Part shown: positions 1 through 5,590 of the stretch, in pieces
Numbering within the stretch: the stretch's first letter is position 1
How the letters are laid out: every line of letters starts with the position of its first letter
Origin: an uncultured bacterium
Lineage (GTDB): Bacteria; Abyssobacteria; SURF-5
Assembly: GCA_964510165.1 (NCBI GenBank)
Contig: CAZEBC010000075.1
Coordinates: 1 to 17,312 of the forward strand
DNA: 17,312 nt
Direction: 5' to 3'
Notes under the pieces: model-generated
Databases searched by the model: none
Seen by the model: only the letters and a program-made list of their open reading frames with translations
What the model was told of the DNA's origin: nothing
Made by a program: the position numbers and the translations under genes

Positions 1-192
1 AACTCGCCCAACACTTCGTCCTTTTTCCTGAGCTTGGCCTCAAGACGGGCGATCCGCTCCTCCTCGCGCCTGCTCTTTTTCTCCCACCGCCGCTCGAATG
101 CCGCCGCGCCGCACTCAAAGAGGTGCTTTTGCCAGCGATAAAACACCGTGGGCGAAAGCCCGTGTCTGTCGCACACCTCCGACAGCGGCGCC
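1..192 (-). mobile_element. IS3-family transposase OrfA (HTH) fragment, 5'-truncated or fused, running off the left edge
   Basis: Manual minus-strand translation gives ...APLSEVCDRHGLSPTVFYRWQKHLFECGAAAFERRWEKKSRREEERIARLEAKLRKKDEVLGE. This is an HTH with the FYRW motif followed by a coiled coil, typical of IS3 OrfA. The frame is open back to ATG 344 or 410, but the part upstream of about 192 does not look like OrfA and no terminal inverted repeat is evident. Not in the ORF track. Confidence 0.75.
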
Positions 193-390
193 CCGCCCGA
201 TTCCACTCTCGCGGTCGAGCGATTTTCGGGGGCAACCTTGGGGTTTGTCTGCCCTCGCTGCCGGAACAAGGTTTTCCTCCATACGAATCCACGTACGGTC
301 ACCAGACGGCTGCGCATCTCGCTCGAGATCGCCTGGCTCGGCATAGTCAATTTCTTCCGCAGAATCACCCGCTTCCGTTCGCGGGAATAG
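193..390 (+). pseudogene. Probable 3' remnant of a gene with a CPRC motif, abutting the IS3 fragment
   Basis: The frame of ORF 148..390 reads ...LGFVCPRCRNKVFLHTNPRTVTRRLRISLEIAWLGIVNFFRRITRFRSRE* with GC3-rich codons. It ends just before REP-like palindromes, and its apparent start lies inside the IS sequence. Confidence 0.3.
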
Positions 391-396
391 TTAGAA

Positions 397-428
397 TAGG
401 GACACAGCATGCCGCATGGTGTCCCCAC
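397..428. repeat. Degenerate GTAG-type REP-like palindrome
   Basis: TAGGGACACAGCATGCCGCATGGTGTCCCCAC; arms GGGACAC/GTGTCCC; similar to the element at 7427-7451. Confidence 0.55.
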
Positions 429-490
429 TATAACTCGGGCTTCCCGCAACCCGCATAGCCATAACAAGATTTTGGTACGCCGCGCCTTGT

Positions 491-515
491 GCAGGGGCGG
501 CCCTTGTGGCCGCCC
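491..515. repeat. GTAG-type REP-like palindrome, possibly the 3' hairpin of the lexA operon
   Basis: GCAG-GGGCGGCC-CTTGT-GGCCGCCC, an 8-bp perfect stem ending 13 nt beyond the stop at 529. Confidence 0.6.
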
Positions 516-528
516 GCTCGGCAAACCA

Positions 529-795
529 TCATTCGCACATCTCTTTTTCCAGTTCGTCAATTCGCTGTTTCAGCAGCGCGATTGTCTTTTGGTGTTCCAG
601 CAGGATAGCCATGAAGATGGATTCCATCGGGACCGGGCGCGAGGCATAGGAGCAGGCAGCGGAATGGTACCTGGCCGTGTCAAATATCTCATCGAAGGCA
701 GCCTGGTCCTCTTTCCTGAGAACTCGCCGAAATTTCGCCCATTCCTCGCGTTCCTGCTGAATGACTTGCGCGATGGGCAACACCGTTCTTCCCAC
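529..795 (-). CDS. Small helical protein of the PolB2-associated type (PPB2/arCOG07300-like), 88 aa
   Basis: GTG start at 795 with RBS GGAGGT (803-808) overlapping the upstream stop. Sequence MGRTV...EREEWAKFRRVLRKEDQAAFDEIFDTARYHSAACSYASRPVPMESIFMAILLEHQK matches the recalled MGRT...W..FRR.L...D...FD...P.P.E...M.ILLE pattern. It sits next to an iRadA-like gene. Confidence 0.75.
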   Translation of the reverse strand: MGRTVLPIAQVIQQEREEWAKFRRVLRKEDQAAFDEIFDTARYHSAACSYASRPVPMESIFMAILLEHQKTIALLKQRIDELEKEMCE

Positions 796-800
796 TGCCC

Positions 801-1493
801 TCACCTCCAATCCCACTGGCGCTGGTAATGCCTCGGAAGCTCGGGCATTCGAAGCCGGTTATACAGCTTTCTTCGCGGTTTTTCCAGAGCGAACCGGGCT
901 TCGCCCTCGCCGCCTTCGCTCCTGAGCACCGTGGAGGAAATTCGTATGAGATGGTCCCGGAACCGCCTTTGCCTCGCCTCGAGCGGCAACCGGCTGTCAG
1001 GGCATACGATGAGGATACGGGTGCCTTTCCCGGCCAGCCTCATGAATTCCGCCGTAGTGGTTTCGAGCAGATCATACGCCTCGCCGAATGGAACGTCCTC
1101 ATCGTAAAACGTATCGAGCAGTCCCGATGCTACCGCAACATTCGTGTTGAATCGGCGAAACGCGCACTCCAGCCGATCCACCACGAGCGCCTGCATCTGA
1201 TGACACGTAAAGGCGCGCGAGATGTGGATGCGCCTCAGCAGGTCTTCGGACGAAAGCCCCATCTTTTGGGCAAACTTGGCTATGAAGAACGGGTTGAATG
1301 AGTTGGAGCCGTCGAGATACACGACGGGCTTCTCGCGGGCGACCCCCGCAAACGTCATGTAGAGCGCAAGGTAGGTCACCGAAAAAGCCGGCGCGCCGTA
1401 TGCCAGCACAATGCCGGCGGGCGGCTGGGCCTTGAGGTCGGCGCGGATTCTCTCGAGCGTCCCGTCCGCCGGACATGTCAGATGCTTCTCCAT
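801..1493 (-). CDS. Inactive RadA/RecA-fold protein (iRadA/ImuA-like), 230 aa
   Basis: RadA/Rad51-core motifs VVYLDGSNSFNP, L.RIHISRAFTCHQ and GLLDTFYDEDV. Walker A is degenerate (YGAPAFSVT, no GKT). The start overlaps the end of lexA. Confidence 0.8.
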   Translation of the reverse strand: MEKHLTCPADGTLERIRADLKAQPPAGIVLAYGAPAFSVTYLALYMTFAGVAREKPVVYLDGSNSFNPFFIAKFAQKMGLSSEDLLRRIHISRAFTCHQMQALVVDRLECAFRRFNTNVAVASGLLDTFYDEDVPFGEAYDLLETTTAEFMRLAGKGTRILIVCPDSRLPLEARQRRFRDHLIRISSTVLRSEGGEGEARFALEKPRRKLYNRLRMPELPRHYQRQWDWR

Positions 1494-2080
1494 ACTCCCA
1501 CAACCTTTCCGACGACCCGGAACGACGCCCCTTTCTCAACCTCTATCGGCTCCATGCGCTTGTTTTCGGGTTTCAGGATGATGCGGTCTTCCTCAATGAT
1601 AATTCGCTTGACGGTGGCCTCGTCATCAAGCAGGGCAACCACTATATCGCCGTGCTCGGCGGTCGCCTGCTGCTTGACGACGACAAAGTCGCCCGAACAA
1701 ATGTGGGCATCCACCATGCTGTCGCCTTCGACCCGCAGCAGGAAGCAGTCATTGTCATGGACCCACGCGTCCGGGAGCATGACGACGCCCTCGATGTTCT
1801 CGACCGCCAGCACAGGCTCACCCGCTGCCACGCGGCCCACAATCGGCAGTTCCCGCAGACCGCGCCTGCCCGAGCCGACCACCTCCAGCGAGCGCGCCTT
1901 CCTCGATTTTCTGGCGAGATATCCCTTCTGTATCAGCGCGCTCACGTGATTGGCCGCCGCATGCGGAAGGAACCCGAACCGCCCGCATATCTCGCGTACC
2001 GTGGGCGGATAGCCGTTCTCACCGATGAAATCCTTGATGAACTCGAGGACCTCTTTTTGCCGGTCTGTCAGCGTTCGCAT
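1478..2080 (-). CDS. lexA: SOS transcriptional repressor LexA
   Basis: N-terminal LTDRQ..VLEFI...GYPPTVREI winged helix, cleavage site VGRVAAG, catalytic Ser in GDSM and Lys in ATVKR. Confidence 0.97.
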   Translation of the reverse strand: MRTLTDRQKEVLEFIKDFIGENGYPPTVREICGRFGFLPHAAANHVSALIQKGYLARKSRKARSLEVVGSGRRGLRELPIVGRVAAGEPVLAVENIEGVVMLPDAWVHDNDCFLLRVEGDSMVDAHICSGDFVVVKQQATAEHGDIVVALLDDEATVKRIIIEEDRIILKPENKRMEPIEVEKGASFRVVGKVVGVWRSI

Positions 2081-2129
2081 CGCCTTTCTCCACGAGACTC
2101 AGTTTCGTTGGGATATTTTCTTCTGCCAA

Positions 2130-2158
2130 ATTATACTATACATTTGTATACTTGTCAA
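2130..2158 (-). promoter_or_regulatory. Consensus sigma70 promoter of the lexA operon
   Basis: Minus strand reads TTGACA (2158-2153), 17-nt spacer, TATAAT (2135-2130), about 50 nt upstream of the lexA ATG. Confidence 0.9.
2137..2150. promoter_or_regulatory. Candidate LexA operator TATACA-N2-TGTATA
   Basis: 6-2-6 palindrome TATACATTTGTATA filling the -35/-10 spacer of the lexA promoter. Confidence 0.7.
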
Positions 2159-2249
2159 GACCATCTCCGAATGACCCATGCAAAGTCGCTGAGTCGCAAA
2201 GAGATAAGACTTGCCAACATGCCTTGCCTGTCTGCATACTGGACTTACA

Positions 2250-2258
2250 TGTTATAAT
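2250..2258 (+). promoter_or_regulatory. Extended -10 promoter for the E2 gene
   Basis: TGtTATAAT about 75 nt upstream of ATG 2331; no good -35. Confidence 0.5.
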
Positions 2259-2296
2259 GCCACCCATAAGAATGACCACCAGTGAACACCGGAGTA

Positions 2297-2317
2297 AACT
2301 CTAAACCCTGAACCCGG
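2297..2317 (+). repeat. Degenerate heptamer tandem repeat (3 copies)
   Basis: AACTCTA AACCCTG AACCCGG immediately before the E2 RBS. Confidence 0.4.
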
Positions 2318-2330
2318 TAGAGGAACCCCT

Positions 2331-3518
2331 ATGGCAACCGAATTCAAGTTTCCCGATGTCGGCGAAGGAATCACCGAGGGCGAGGTCGTGCTGTGGCTCG
2401 TGGAAGAGGGCGAGCGCGTCGAGCGGGACCAGCCGATGGTACAGGTGGAAACCGATAAGGCGGTCGTCGAGATACCCTCTCCGCGCGCCGGCGTCATCCT
2501 GAGAATCAATTTCCGCGAGGGCGAGATCGTGAAGGTGGGCGAGACGCTCGTTGTCATCGGCGACGAAGGCGAAAAGCTGGAGGAAAAGGCGCCGGAGGAA
2601 AAAGAAGAGAAAAAGGAATACGTCGGCATTGTGGGCGCAATCGAGGAGGAAAAGCCGAAAGGGGCCGCGAGGCCGCGCGCTCTTGCCGTGCCCGCCGTCC
2701 GCAAACTCGCCCGCGAACTCGGGGTGGACATCGATGCGGTGAGGGGGACCGGAGAGGGCGGCCGCGTCACCGAGGAAGATGTCCGCCGCCACGCCGAGCG
2801 GGCGCAGGTCAAGGAAGAGGAGTACGGCGAAGTCGAGCGCGTGCCCATCATGCGTGTGCGTCGCAGCATCGCGCAGAAAATGGTTCGCTCGAAGTTCTCG
2901 ATCCCGCACGTCACGCATATGGACCTGGCGAACGCCTCGGAACTCGTCAAACTGAAGAATCGACATTCCAAGGAAGCGAAGGCCAAGGGCATCCATCTGA
3001 CGTATCTGCCGTACATCATGAAGGCTGTCGCGCTCTCGCTCAAGAAGCATCCCTACCTCAACTCATCCATCGACACCGAGCGAAACGAGATCATCCTCAA
3101 GAAATACATCAATATCGGATTCGCAGCCGAGACCGAGGACGGCCTGCTCGTGCCCGTCGTGAAGGATGTCGACAAGAAATCCGTTTTCGAACTCGCGGAG
3201 GAGACCCGCCGCCTCAGCGACCTGGCGCGCCAGAGGAAAATCGCGCTCGCCGACCTGAAGGGCGGCACATTCAGCATCACCAACATAGGCAGCATCGGCG
3301 GCATCTATGCGACGCCCATCATCAACCATCCCGAATCGGCGAACTTGGCCGTCGGCAGAATCCGCCAGATGCCCTGGGTTGTTGACGGGGAGGTCGGAAT
3401 AATTCACGGCGTGTACCTGTCGCTCTCGTTCGATCACCGCATCCTCGACGGCGCCGACGCCGCCCGGTTCACGAACGAGGTCATCGGTTACATCGAGCAT
3501 CCCGAGACGATCACCTGA
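2331..3518 (+). CDS. Dihydrolipoamide acyltransferase (E2) of a 2-oxoacid dehydrogenase complex
   Basis: Single lipoyl domain (PDVGEGITEG...VETDKA), subunit-binding domain (PAVRKLARELGVDI..V.GTG.GGRVT.EDV), catalytic domain GGTFSITNIG and FDHRILDG; RBS GAGG. Confidence 0.96.
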   Translation: MATEFKFPDVGEGITEGEVVLWLVEEGERVERDQPMVQVETDKAVVEIPSPRAGVILRINFREGEIVKVGETLVVIGDEGEKLEEKAPEEKEEKKEYVGIVGAIEEEKPKGAARPRALAVPAVRKLARELGVDIDAVRGTGEGGRVTEEDVRRHAERAQVKEEEYGEVERVPIMRVRRSIAQKMVRSKFSIPHVTHMDLANASELVKLKNRHSKEAKAKGIHLTYLPYIMKAVALSLKKHPYLNSSIDTERNEIILKKYINIGFAAETEDGLLVPVVKDVDKKSVFELAEETRRLSDLARQRKIALADLKGGTFSITNIGSIGGIYATPIINHPESANLAVGRIRQMPWVVDGEVGIIHGVYLSLSFDHRILDGADAARFTNEVIGYIEHPETIT

Positions 3519-3534
3519 GCGAGAGCCGAATGCG

Positions 3535-4041
3535 ATGGCAATAGAACTGATAAGAGCGTCACGAGAGCAACAGCCGCTCCTGGAGCGACTCTTGCAGTTA
3601 TATTTGTACGATTTCAGCGAGTTCGGAGGGTTTGACGTCGGTCCCGACGGCGTCTTTGACGCCTCGTTGCTCAGACTCGACTCGTATTGGACCGAATCAG
3701 ACCGGGTTCCCTTCCTTGTCTATGTCGAGGGCGAGATCGCAGGTTTTGTGCTCGTCAATTCGTACACGTGCCTTGACGAGAACAGTGGTGGCAGGTCGAT
3801 CGCCGAATTCTTCATCATGCGCAAGTACCGAAGACAGGGAGTTGGCAAGGCGGCAGCGTTCCAAGTCTTCGAGAGATTCCGGGGCAAATGGGAAGTCAGG
3901 CAGCTCAAGATAAACGGCGTCGGCCAGCGGTTTTGGAGACGCGTCATTCGCGAATACACCCGAGGGCGATTCCGGGAAACGCTTCTGGACAACGACTCCT
4001 GGCGCGGCCCGGTACAGAGTTTCGATAATGGCGGGCGCTGA
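3535..4041 (+). CDS. GNAT family N-acetyltransferase
   Basis: L..LLQLYLYDFSEF N-terminus, acetyl-CoA motif A IAEFFIMRKYRRQGVGK, and N..GQRFW. Confidence 0.92.
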   Translation: MAIELIRASREQQPLLERLLQLYLYDFSEFGGFDVGPDGVFDASLLRLDSYWTESDRVPFLVYVEGEIAGFVLVNSYTCLDENSGGRSIAEFFIMRKYRRQGVGKAAAFQVFERFRGKWEVRQLKINGVGQRFWRRVIREYTRGRFRETLLDNDSWRGPVQSFDNGGR

Positions 4042-4047
4042 GAGAAG

Positions 4048-4446
4048 CTACTTGTTCTTTTTCTTCGTCTGTCCCGGCGGATACTTTTTCTTGTGTTCGT
4101 CGGCTTTCAGATAGGGCTTGTCGGAGTCCGATTCGATCACCACGTACTCGTCCAACTGGACGCTCAGATGCACCGGCAACGAGCCCGATACTCTCCATTC
4201 GCCGTCCTCGTAATAAAAATACAGGCCCCTCGCCGGCTCAAAATACACCTGCGCTCCCGGATAATAATGATACATGTGCTTGGCCCTGTATCCCCATGCC
4301 GGCGCATGGGGTGGCGGCCCCTGCTTTACCTCAGGCTCCGTCCCCACGTACACCCCGCCCTCCGTCGAAGCGCAGGCGAGAGACGTAACGGCCAACAGCA
4401 GGCAGCATAACACAATACCCCACTTCGAGACGGGTATGCGTTCCAT
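4048..4446 (-). CDS. Small lipoprotein of unknown function (GPPPHAPAWGYR / KKYPPGQ type), 132 aa
   Basis: ATG 4446 with GGGGGA RBS; hydrophobic signal ending in lipobox SLAC; GPPPHAPAWGYRAKH, YYYP..QVYF...RGLYFY and C-terminal YPPGQTKKK. Confidence 0.8.
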   Translation of the reverse strand: MERIPVSKWGIVLCCLLLAVTSLACASTEGGVYVGTEPEVKQGPPPHAPAWGYRAKHMYHYYPGAQVYFEPARGLYFYYEDGEWRVSGSLPVHLSVQLDEYVVIESDSDKPYLKADEHKKKYPPGQTKKKNK

Positions 4447-4640
4447 CTTCAATCCCCCATTCGTCGAGCGCAATAAATTGCGCCCTCTACACCGAAACCT
4501 TGTTACAGAAATGTCATGTTCCTGTCATGAATCGTTATCGGCGCCGATCAGCACCAAGCCTTTTCGTCAAATTCGCCTTTTCATTGCGGCGAAGCTCAGC
4601 CTTAGGGAGCAAATGCCGTGCCACCGACCCAGCACCTGTT

Positions 4641-4680
4641 TCTTGGTGACTCTTTGTGTCCTTGGTGATTGGGTGGTTGA
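4641..4680 (-). repeat. Dispersed CACCAAGACACAAAG-type intergenic repeat
   Basis: Reverse complement TCAACCACCCAATCACCAAGGACACAAAGAGTCACCAAGA resembles 9180-9210. Confidence 0.6.
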
Positions 4681-4702
4681 AGCGACGCCATATCGGTCGC
4701 CC

Positions 4703-5401
4703 TTACGGCAGCCAGAACGGCCCGGTTTTCCCGATCTCCTTCAGCGTCATCAGAAAGCCTCCGACATATCCCTGCATATGCGAAAGGTAGTCCGGGTCCA
4801 GCCGCCTCCGGAAAAAATCGGCCGAAAACAGCTTCACGAGATCCTCGAACGGGATGATGCCCGCCTCTTTCTCCGCATCAAAATGGGCCCAGTTCCTCAG
4901 ATGTTCTTCCGACCGGAAGAAATGCATCGTGCTTCAGGCAAAACCGGGGTCTTCCATCCACTTCAGGAATGGAACCGACACGTGACCGATCACGGTCTCG
5001 GGGTCCTTGCGGAGAACTTTCCCGTCTTTCATCTCGACGCGGACCGGCTCGCCGCAGTCGAGGCACGGGGAATCTATACGAACGGTTTTGCCCGGCAAGA
5101 GCCAGCAGACCGCCAGCGATTCAAACGCTCACTGGCCAAACCATTTCTGCTGACCATCTACGGTGATGCGGTACTGATTCGGAAGGTTGTGAAAGGGGGC
5201 CATTGACACGATCAGGTCGGTCTTGGGGTACAGCCAGCCGGGAACGCCCGAATTCATGAGATCGTGAAGCGCCCTCCTGCCTTCCTCCATCGAAAGGCCG
5301 AGTTGTCTCGCGATCTCCGTGTAGTGCGGCGCCTGCCCGGTTTCCACCATTCGTCGCATGATGACGTTGAACGTCCTATCCAGCATGGTAGGCTCGCTCA
5401 T
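4703..5401 (-). CDS. MerB (organomercurial lyase)-like selenoprotein with two selenocysteines (U91, U156), 232 aa
   Basis: ATG 5401 with RBS AAGGAGGT. One frame joins ORF-track pieces 5129..5452 and 4703..4927 through in-frame TGA at 5131-5129 and 4936-4934: ...QQKWFGQ-U-AFESLAVCWLLPGKTVRIDSPCLDCGEPVRVEMKDGKVLRKDPETVIGHVSVPFLKWMEDPGFA-U-STMHFFRSEEH... These match MerB WC96ALD, SxC...G.PV and C159..VHFF.S. The true stop is TAA at 4705-4703. Confidence 0.9.
4900..4928 (-). promoter_or_regulatory. Candidate bacterial SECIS element for the second UGA
   Basis: mRNA after UGA: AGCAC-GAUG-CAU-UUCUUCC-GGUC-GGAAGAA-CAUC. 7-bp perfect upper stem plus 4-bp lower stem; apical loop starts with G at +20. 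Confidence 0.8.
5099..5122 (-). promoter_or_regulatory. Candidate bacterial SECIS element for the first UGA
   Basis: mRNA after UGA: GCGUUUGAAUC-GCUGGC-GGUCU-GCUGGC-UC. 6-bp stem with two G-U pairs; apical loop starts with G at +18 and has the same GGUC as the second element. Confidence 0.7.
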
Positions 5402-5436
5402 GGGGTGTTCACCTCCTTGGGGTTTGTCCGGACGGC

Positions 5437-5465
5437 ATAATATCAGAGACACACGCGCGTTTCAA
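5437..5465 (-). promoter_or_regulatory. Sigma70-type promoter for the MerB-like gene
   Basis: Minus strand TTGAAA, 17 nt, TATTAT, with an extended -10 TG. Confidence 0.65.
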
Positions 5466-5501
5466 GCGAGAAGCGGGGATACCCGTTTCTCTCGCAGATG
5501 T

Positions 5502-5530
5502 TTGACAACGATGACTCCCGCACATATACT
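5502..5530 (+). promoter_or_regulatory. Sigma70-type promoter for the acyl-CoA dehydrogenase
   Basis: TTGACA (5502-5507), 17 nt, TATACT (5525-5530). Confidence 0.75.
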
Positions 5531-5590
5531 TGCTTCAACACACATCCATAACGAAACTTGCGTTCCAAACCCCATACGAGAGGTGAAAAT

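Noticed and set aside
1475-2257. 260-aa plus-strand ORF and other long ORFs antisense to real genes (for example 2252..3043, 8434..9108, 13865..15337, 16421..17224)
   Set aside because: Antisense shadows typical of GC-rich coding DNA; the opposite strand carries the recognisable family motifs.
4274-5206. 310-aa plus-strand ORF
   Set aside because: No recognisable motifs; it is the antisense shadow of the lipoprotein and the MerB-like selenoprotein gene.
4703-5452. Reading ORFs 5129..5452 and 4703..4927 as two small genes or a pseudogene
   Set aside because: They share one frame, both interruptions are TGA at catalytic-Cys positions, and each is followed by a SECIS-like hairpin.
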